Below are positions 53,731 through 64,000 of a stretch of DNA of 64,000 bases, in pieces. The notes below the pieces were generated by a model. That model did no database searches. It had not been told where the DNA came from and worked only from the letters and a program-made list of their open reading frames with translations. The stretch is from the human T2T-CHM13v2.0 reference genome, Homo sapiens. How positions within the stretch are numbered: the first letter of the stretch is position 1; each line of letters opens with the position of its first letter. Position numbers and translations under genes: made by a program. Where the stretch lies: NCBI RefSeq assembly GCF_009914755.1, contig NC_060932.1; one strand, given 5' to 3'.

Positions 53731-56321
53731 TCAAGAGAATGAACTTGCAGGACCAGGAGAATGAAGTGACAGTGAAAAGAACAGCGAATCACAAACACAT
53801 GGGCCACAGCACTGCGCAGTGACATTTTGAATAGAGGGCCTAATGGCTTATCTATTGATCTTTCTGCTCTTAATTCTGCTTGGCTGTTACTTTCTTCAAG
53901 TAACATTTCCAAATTACATTCAAATATCAGTCTCCATTAAGGAAACAGGACTGTGGAACAGATAATCCAATTGTCATTTCTTTTCGTCTTTGGAATGGGT
54001 TCTAATGGTAATTTGAAGAAGAGAATTCGTTTTTCCAAATTCATTTTTTTCAGACTGCAGTTAAATTGTATGGGCTCTCCCTTATAAATCCATCAGACTA
54101 CCTAACACTAAAGTTTTTCATGAATAATCTGCAGAGGAAATGATCCACCATTGCTAAATGGACATCACTTGCTTACTGTCACATTCATTTAATTCAATTA
54201 TTTTGTATTACCAAAATGGAACATTTTTATATGAGCACCAGAACAAGAAATGTCATCTGCCTCCTCATCTCTGGCGTGGTTCCACTCGAATCCCACTGGC
54301 ATGAGACTTTAATTTAACATTGAGTTCCCTAAATTCTTGAAATGATGTCCTTTGATGTCTCTTCAACATACTTGTTTTCTCATTCATAGAAATGAATGAA
54401 TTCTAGTTTCCTGGTTATCAATACTGAAGATATTTTCTTTAATGGGACACACTCTTCTATCCTCCTTTACCTTTTTAATGATTTTGTCATATCTTGTCCC
54501 CCCTATGGCATGGAATTTTCCAGAGTGGCCCTTATAAGTAAAAGCTGAAAGAGGTTTGTGGGGTGTGGGGTAGTATCACTGACAAGCAAAGGATTTAAGA
54601 TTTAGGAATGAGCTATGCTTTTTATTTGTTTATCTTAAAGTAATGGGCAAAGTTCTGCTACGCAATAGTCAACTACCAATGATCACCTACAAAGTTTTGC
54701 TCCATAATACAGCAGTCACCTACCAATGACCGCCTGCCAGCATTAAAAGCCAACTGCTTCCCTTCTGAAAACGGCTGACAAAAATTGCTACATGCCAAGG
54801 ACTCCAGCTGTCTGAACAACAGACGACACATTCTGCAATGCTGGTGCCCTCTACTGGCTGACACTACCTGATGCTTTACTCTAGAGAATTCGTGTCCTGA
54901 TGGGAAAGCTGCAGATAGGATTCTAACACAGCCAGTCTTTGAGAAACAATTTAAGATCAGTTTGAATGGCGAGGACAGGGAGGACGGGGAGAGGTACCAG
55001 TTTCCTGCTATCCACCCCATAGTTATCATTCCTGTTACAGCTAGCATAAAAACCAGTTATCAGATCAAAGAAGTGGTATATTCTGGGATAATGTGGAATA
55101 ATTGGTCAGAGAAAATAGCCATATATACACATACATACACACACATACATACATGGGTGGATTTGCTTCAGATATTCTGATGGAAGAAATGAAACATTAC
55201 AGATAGAAAAAATAAGTTTTTATTGTATATTTGGAAAGATTTGGGATATAATTGCATTCTGTACTAATTCCTAGAATAAACAAAAAATAAATTGAATGTA
55301 GATTTTTTAAAAGCATGATTTTCAAACAGAATTATATAATAGCAAGATACAATGCCAATCACTTCAAGTTTAACACAACAATCATAGAAGATGTTTGCAA
55401 AAGCCTTCAGTGGATACATCAATTTTCCCAAGGGCCTCTCTCATCTTTCTAAGCCCAAATCATTCCCTTTTGAACAATCCATCACGTCAACATCCTTATG
55501 CATTTTCTTCAAACTTCAAGGGGAGTAATTTTCCCAGATCTACATTGGCTGGTGATTCTGACAGTTTTCCAACACCACCCTTGTCAACTACATGTAATTC
55601 TGCCTCTTTGAACGTTTTTAGGCTTGCTCTGCAGTGTTATCAGAGAGGGATGATTGAGTGAGTTCTAATTTTATAAATGATTAATTTATTAATGAATATC
55701 TTAATATATAATAGCTTTTTCCTTTCCAAAGATATGAATTCACAGAATTCACTCGCAGATAATTAATTCACAGAATAGTGAACTCTCTCCCTCGTCTACA
55801 TGGCTGACTTGACAATGACTCCAAATGGGGAGGTGGACTCTTAACCCTTTCCATTATAGCCCTGCTTTTCTCCTTCTCAGTGAACTCTCAGCCCAATCAG
55901 ACACTGCTGAGAATCTGAGGGTCACTTCCTGGTCATTATACTGATATTACAAATGGCAAGTTGGAGACTCATCGCTCAGGAAGCACTGTGTGAGACTGGA
56001 CAGAGTTCAGCACTGGTCTTATTAGCATCTGCCTTGGCTTGTTTATTGGTATACTGAGAGTCATGCATTTGTGCCAAAAGCATGAATAACACAGTAGCTT
56101 CCTGTGGCCATCATAATTATCATTTTAGCTGGAAAACAAAAAGCATTTGAAAGAAGCAAAGGGGGCATCTCTGTTTATATAGCCCATGCCTTAAGCACCG
56201 AGAATACGATCTGAAATCAAGATTTAATGAATTTAAGAAATATTAGTTGCTTCAGTTTGCCTTTGGGGTGGAGAGGTTTATGTTTTTATCATAAATAAGT
56301 TTGGCACAAATTGCGAGCTAA

Positions 56322-56627
<306 letters not shown>

Positions 56628-56995
56628 TAAACAAAGATTTTATCTTTGAAGCCTCCTTTTTTTTTTCCTCTTGTTAAAAAGAACCAAAACTCTTATAATT
56701 ACCAGGACTTATGTGGTTCAGTCTCAGAGCTGTGGAACAGTCAACAGAATGCAAAAACAGCTCAAATATTTTGTTTACTTTTCTTGAAAAGCCTGAAGAA
56801 GATCTAAAAATACATGGTCCAAGACAGCTTCGTAAAAATCTCCCTTTCTTTCCTATTTTCTTCCATTATACTCTTTAGCTGCTGAGATGCACCTCTCTTA
56901 AAAGCCCCCAAACAAAATGACTTCCTATTCCAGTCTCGATAAGTTTGCTCTCCTCTCTGTTATCTCTGTGTTTTTTAATTCAATTTACATGTTTT

Positions 56996-57310
<315 letters not shown>

Positions 57311-57890
57311 TTACATGTTTTAATCCTCCCTCTTTTCCTCTGGTGTCTGGAATTCTCTTGCAGCTAAGTTCCCAGTTTTTGCATGATAAAAACTCAAGGG
57401 TGGTAAAGACCTAGAAAGAGGGGAGAGGCCTTCTGAGGATAGCCAAGAAGTAGAAAAGGCAAAAAAATCAAACTCTCCTTGGATGAAATTGGGCATGGGT
57501 AGAAGGATGGGAACACTTAAAAGTTAATAATCTTTGCCATATCTAAATATATATCAAATATGCCAAAGTAACTGTAATTAGTGGCTGAAAAAAATACTAG
57601 TACCCTGTTGTTTTTACTCACGCTATAAGTACAGGGTAAGCTATCCCGGAGGCTTATCATTAAAATAGAATCAGCAAATATGAAAACTTAGAAAATTCTC
57701 TCTGCTTGACTCAGCTCAGTGTCCATATGGATTTAAAAAAATACAGCTCTTAACACTTTACTCCATGGTTTATCCAACTGTGGAGCTACGTGTGTGCGCA
57801 TGGGAGCATGTAAAAAGATCGCCATCCTGCCATCCGTGGACAGCTGTTGTAAAAATTAAATCACTAATTATACAATGTCAAAGTTGGAAG

Positions 57891-58673
57891 TGTTACCCAC
57901 ACAATGGGTGGGCTCCATTGCTTGGTGGGTAACTGTCAATCACCACAACCAAGGAGCATGTAACAAGAGGACCTTATTACTTACAGCAAGTAAAGAGGGC
58001 ACTGGGAATAATTCCCCGAAGCAGTACCTTCTCAAACAATGGTGAAATAGGGCTTTTATTGAGCTAGTTAGCTGAGTCACTGTGCGTAGAGATGGAGTAA
58101 AGGCAGCTTTACTCACAGTCACAGTGGCTGATCATGCTCCTACATATGTCACGTGTAGAAAATGGTGAGTAAGCTCTGCCTTGGGCAGGGATTTTAGTAT
58201 GATAATGAAGGGAGTTGGCCAAAGTGCACTTCCAACTCAGGAATGTGTATCCAACTGTTTTCTGTTTTTTCCAGGGCTAAGTTTCTTCCTGGAACTTTTT
58301 TTTTCTTTTTCAACTTCTATGTTAGAGTCTGGGGTACATGTGCAAGTTTGTTACCAAGGTTGATTGCCAATGGGGAGGTTTGGGGTATGAATGATACTGT
58401 CACCCATGTACTGAGCACAGTTCCCAAAAGTTAGTTTTTCAACCCTCCCTGACTCTATCCTTCCCATCTCTGGTAGTCTCCAGTGTCTACTGGTGCCATC
58501 TTTATGCTCATGAGTACCCAATGTTTAGCACCCACTTGTAAGTAAGAATATGCGGTATTTGGTTTTCTGTCTTTTCTGGAACTTTTTGAAATGGCAAGAA
58601 GTCAATGTGCAATAGACACAAGTGGGTACTTTTTCACAGTGTGTACCCGAGAACCCAGGGACCCTGGGTTACA
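57891..58673. mobile_element. ERV1-type solo LTR (family not identified), interrupted by an L1PA fragment
   Basis: TG...CA termini (tgttaccc...gggttaca, imperfect inverted ends) and 4-bp TSD GAAG at 57887-57890 and 58674-58677. Confidence 0.65.
58296..58570 (-). mobile_element. Old L1PA (PA13-16-like) 3' end, 5'-truncated
   Basis: T-tract then 'ggggtacatgtgcaagtttgttac...agtacccaatgtttagcacccacttgtaagtaagaatatgcggtatttggttttctg'. TSD core ctggaactttt on both sides. Confidence 0.88.
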
Positions 58674-58732
58674 GAAGGACCTATAGAGATTATTTTAATT
58701 ATCCCCATCCCTAGACATTGTTTTAAAGGTTA

Positions 58733-59569
<837 letters not shown>

Positions 59570-62159
59570 GTTAGATGCTGGTGGCCCAGACAGACTGTGA
59601 TTTGCCCACAGATAATGAAAGTTCCCTGAATTTAGATTCTTAGCCCCTAGTACAGAAAAGTGATACGCAGGTTTGTCCTCACAATGAACACTGGAAGATG
59701 CTAGGGATATGATATGGGTGCTGAGAGGCAGCGTCTGCGGGACATTCTGTTGCCACAGCTTGGACATGCAGGAGAACACCAAGGCTGCTGTGGGACCCTC
59801 TAACAAAAATGGAGGGACCCAGCCCTCCCAGAGATGCTGGCCACACATGCAGAGCAGCTCTTGCCTCCAAATGAGCTCCTGTCTGTGTGGAAGGTTCGAT
59901 TCCTCACAGAGCCAAGCCACTTTATTCTTCCTTTAAGAACAGAAAAAGGGAAACTTGAAGCTCAAAAAGTAGGTTTTTATACAAATTTGCCACTATCCAA
60001 TAAACAAAACTGCAGCTCACAGAAACCTCCTGACTGCTCCTCCCATCCCCAGAGAAGCTTCGAGCATTTCTCGGTATCCTTGAATTTCATGCCATTTTTC
60101 TAAACCAAATATTAAATGTCCCCCTTGAAGTGAGAGTAATAAATCACTAAGGAGAGAATTGGTAGCTCTTGTGAAAAACAAAAACTGAGGTAGAAATGAG
60201 AAGTGGACCCCTTCCTCCTGTTCTTGCTCCCACCCTGCGCACAGCGCATAGGATGTGGCTGCCCTTCAGAGGCCGCTGCTCCCCCCGACTCTGAGACTGC
60301 GCGTGTTCTGTTGCTAATGTTATTGCTGTCAGTGTTGTGATGTTTGTGTTGCTTGATTTTGTGTTCTTGATGTTTTGCTCTCCCTGGAACAGGTATGGGT
60401 GTTTTAGTTTGCTATTTTATAGCTCAGAATCATTTTGACGTAAATCAATAATGACAGCAATGTTTCCAAAATGAAAATAAACAGGTCTGTTGTTTGAAAC
60501 AACCAGGTAGTTGCTTCGACTTTATTGTTCTATCAAGGCTCTTTTTCTGTTCTTTTTTCTCTTTCTTTTCCTTTTCAAAACAACCTCCATTACAATACAT
60601 GTGCATTGATTGTTGGTTGGCACAATCATATATTCTATGCTCTTCAATTTTCAAAAATACTGCTATTAAATAAATAAAAAGGCTTAGGAAAATATCTAGC
60701 TGCTTGTCAATCTATTAACCTTACAGTCCATGTCTAGTTATTTTCACCTATACAATTTGGAAATAGGCTTGCAATAAGTCACTTGGTGCAATTCTGAAGA
60801 TAAAGGAGAACATCTGCTTTTTGTTTAGGGAGAAGACACATGTGTGCAATGAAGTGGAGGAGACATTCTCCTTAGCCTCACTTTAACAGAGTATAGGGAG
60901 GAATGGATTCAGCTGACATTTTGGGGATAGAAATAAAACCTTTATATAAGTGAAGTACAACTCTTTAAAAAATTGAAATGAGAAGCTTTATTTTCATGAT
61001 TCATACTCCTTGTTTCATAAGCACTGATTTTTAGTAGCCCTACCTCTATTTGAGGTTTTGCCACCACGTGCGGGCTGCATTCCTATGGCCCAGCTACTGC
61101 ATCACAGGCCTCTGCTTTCTGGTTAGAATTTTACCCAGAGTGGCAATTTGACCCAGACATGCAAAAAATCAGAGTCCCTTCTCCCGATGTTTCAGCACTC
61201 TTTCACTACAGCCACAAACAAGATAACTGATAATGCCAGACAGAACCTCCACCTTTGACGAAAGCTGAGGAATTTAAACACATGTCCAGTATTTGGAGAA
61301 TCAGCAATTGTGGCACTTAGCACAGTGCCCTCTGTGGTCTATGGAAGTCTGTGATCCTTATGCAGGAGATCATACGCACTGGGTGAACTGGCCCCGCAGG
61401 GAGGCAGTGTGAGTAGCTACCTACGGAATGCTGTTCAACACTGGCAAATACAATCTAAAAGGTCAACCAAAGTTTATTAAAATCACCAGCAATGCATAAA
61501 AGACATTGCGTGAAGAGATATTAACAGTTAGGAAGTAGTAGATTTTTGACATGGACAGATGACCACAGCATGGAATTGGCCTAGGGTGGGGCTTGGCCAT
61601 GGGTCACTTTTCAAAGCTCCTGAGCAATGCTGGCACCCATTCATGGTTGTCCGCCACTGGGGCAGCAGTTTCGGCCATCTGGTAGGAACAGAGCACAAAG
61701 CTCCACCTATATCCCAGCTGCTGGCTAAGGAAAATGAAACTGTTCCAAGTCAGATTTTTTTTTTCAAGCTCCTCTCTAGACAAAGGAGAAGATAATAAAA
61801 TAAAAGAGTTAAAACTAGAATATGAGACATTTGGATTGGATATAAGAAGAAACTTGGGGGAAGAAGAGGTTAGGTATTAAAATGTATGACCTCAGGGATA
61901 TTGTGTCATATCATTTTCTGGAGGGTTTCACAACAGGGATGAATTTCCATCTGTCTTCAAGGTGTTTCTAATGGAATGTCAAGATGATACTGGAGACTAT
62001 AGCTCATTCTTTTAGACAGGGCTGAATTCTGCACTTATTCATTGAAAATAAATCAAGTTTTTCCCAAGTGTCCTATAATGTCCTAAAAAAGGGCACTAGG
62101 CTGGATGAAGGATTTGGGTGTACACATTGTGGCGGGTCCTGTTTGTAGAACTGTGACAG

Positions 62160-62425
62160 GCAGTAGAGTGTTTGGGGTAACTATGTATCCCCTAAAGCCA
62201 ACTGCCTGGTTTCAGTTTTTCCACTTATTGATAGATAAACATACTCCTTAACAACCCTATCAGTTTACCTGTAATGGGGATAATGATGATGATGCTGGTG
62301 CTACCATCCTCATATAATTATTCTAATATTAGTTAATAGGCTATACTCCAAGAGTTCAATTAGTTCATATATGTAAACTACGTATACCACCCATGGAACA
62401 TAGCAGATATTTGTATAAATATTTA
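62160..62425 (+). mobile_element. MIR-like fragment (degenerate)
   Basis: 'cagtttacctgtaatggggataatgatgatg...ctacc' with a MIR-like 3' end 'tggaacatagcagatatttgtataaatattt'. Confidence 0.45.
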
Positions 62426-64000
62426 ATTTTTTTCATTAAAAGTGATTTTACGTTATCTGCATCAGAAGATTCATTCAATCCCAATTAATATTTTTACTTG
62501 CAAAATTAAAATATACACTCTTTTTTTCCTGTTCCTTAAGCTACAATAAAGTACAACACTTTCTAGGAAGGGCAAAATCTTAGTGCTGGAAGGAAATAAT
62601 GAAATCTTCCAGAGGAACGGTTTTCAACTGTGGTTGCGTATTAGGGAGCTTTCAAATAATATTTATACCCAGACCCAAATACAAACAAGAGAATCAGGTG
62701 TGGAGGTTAGACACCAGTTTTTTTGTTTTTATTTTGTTTTCTTTTTCTGTTTTTGTTATTTACTCAACTTCATTTGTCATTCCAAAGTCTAACAAAGGAT
62801 TCAAGCCATTGGTCTGGAACCATCTCTTCAAAATGCAGAAATTTCTCTAACCAACCTCTTCTTAATATTTCCATTGACACAGAATGGTATTTCCATTACC
62901 TCACATAAAACTGAATAGTCCTTTAAGTGTAATTCATGCTAAGCAAACAATTCAGACTGAACACATTCAATGTTTATTTTCAAATTTGAATTCATCACCT
63001 CCTTACGTTGTTGGCAAAAGTGATAAACAAATGATAAATGCCAAATATAATGAAATATTTCTGCAAATTCTGCAACTTTTTACAACCATCACAGTTAAGT
63101 GAAATAAAATATTTTCAAAAGCAAATTAAATTCTTTAGTAATAAATAACACAGTTATTATTACTTTGAATAAAATTACATAAAGATGGCATTTCGGTTTT
63201 GAAAGCTGTTTAGGAATCTATCTCCACATGATCAATTTCATTTATTTCTTTTTGAATTTATTTTATTTATCCATTACCAGTTGTGCAATAAACTATATAA
63301 TCAAGAACCAGTGTCAGGCACTGGGCTATAAACCTTAATAAGGGCAAAACCAAAAGCTGGATTCAAAACTCAAAACTGTCAATTTCTTCAACGTGCCATA
63401 CCTTTCTGTTTCCCCTAAACTATTAATTGTATTGGATATTTGCAGTTAAGCTGATTTTTAAATAGATTTGATATTGTTTGTAACAACTCAGAGCTATAAT
63501 TCAGGTAAATTAAGGACTTGGTGGGGGAAGATTTTCTGTGGACGTTTTTTAAAAAATGAGTTCTTCTAGCTTATTTAAGATGTGATTTAACTCACCAGAC
63601 TGTAGTGTGTATACAATTTCTGGAGACATTGATCAAGTAAGCCAGGACCTGCCTGCAACCAAGGCTATGTGTGCTGTGATCATTCTCTAAGTATCAGTGG
63701 GGGTTGCACATAGGCTGGTTTAGAGGACACAAATGAGATAAGAACAGGATGCCTAAAGCCTGGATGCCACTTAATTCAATGAGGACAGATCGTCTGAGTC
63801 AGTTTGGTTTGGAGGAAGGGCAGAAGTTGACTGTTCTTCGGAAGGACATCCGGAAGGGCGGTCACCAGGGAAACTGCAAATCACAATAACACTGCCACGG
63901 GTGCTGTTAAAGATGGTTACTGCAGCCTCCTCAGAAAAGCACTGTTACATTTTAATCTCTTTATGGCGAATTATCAGCGGACCAAGGGTCATGAGCACCA

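Noticed and set aside
54673-55047. 124-aa minus-strand ORF in non-repeat DNA
   Set aside because: No recognisable domain, random-looking composition and no flanking gene signals; a few ORFs of this length are expected by chance in 64 kb.
55737-55776. 12-bp direct repeat aattcacagaat
   Set aside because: Too short and AT-rich to distinguish from local slippage or chance.

Overview
This is primate, almost certainly human, genomic DNA carrying one recognisable protein-coding gene: the intronless TCIM (C8orf4/TC-1; 106 aa; 6464-6784, + strand), known to lie at 8p11.21. The gene has a TATA-like, non-CpG-island promoter and a 3' UTR of about 1.45 kb with three candidate poly(A) signals. The other ~56 kb downstream is AT-rich intergenic DNA. 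It holds about 23 Alu elements, MaLR/ERV1/ERVL solo LTRs (several nested, several with readable target-site duplications, TSDs), L1/L2/MIR fragments, hAT DNA-transposon relics, microsatellites and a decayed tRNA-Ile-like sequence. I judge every other ORF in the supplied track to be repeat-derived or chance. I found no convincing new biological system. The best leads are the compact regulatory module in the TCIM 3' UTR (DRACH-rich 17-bp repeat, U-tract plus G-quadruplex, alternative poly(A) sites), a microsatellite-linked ~85-bp duplication just downstream of TCIM, and several NF-kB/STAT/AP-1/ETS motif clusters that could be TCIM enhancers. Repeat family names are by eye and need Dfam/RepeatMasker confirmation; boundaries of old repeats are approximate.
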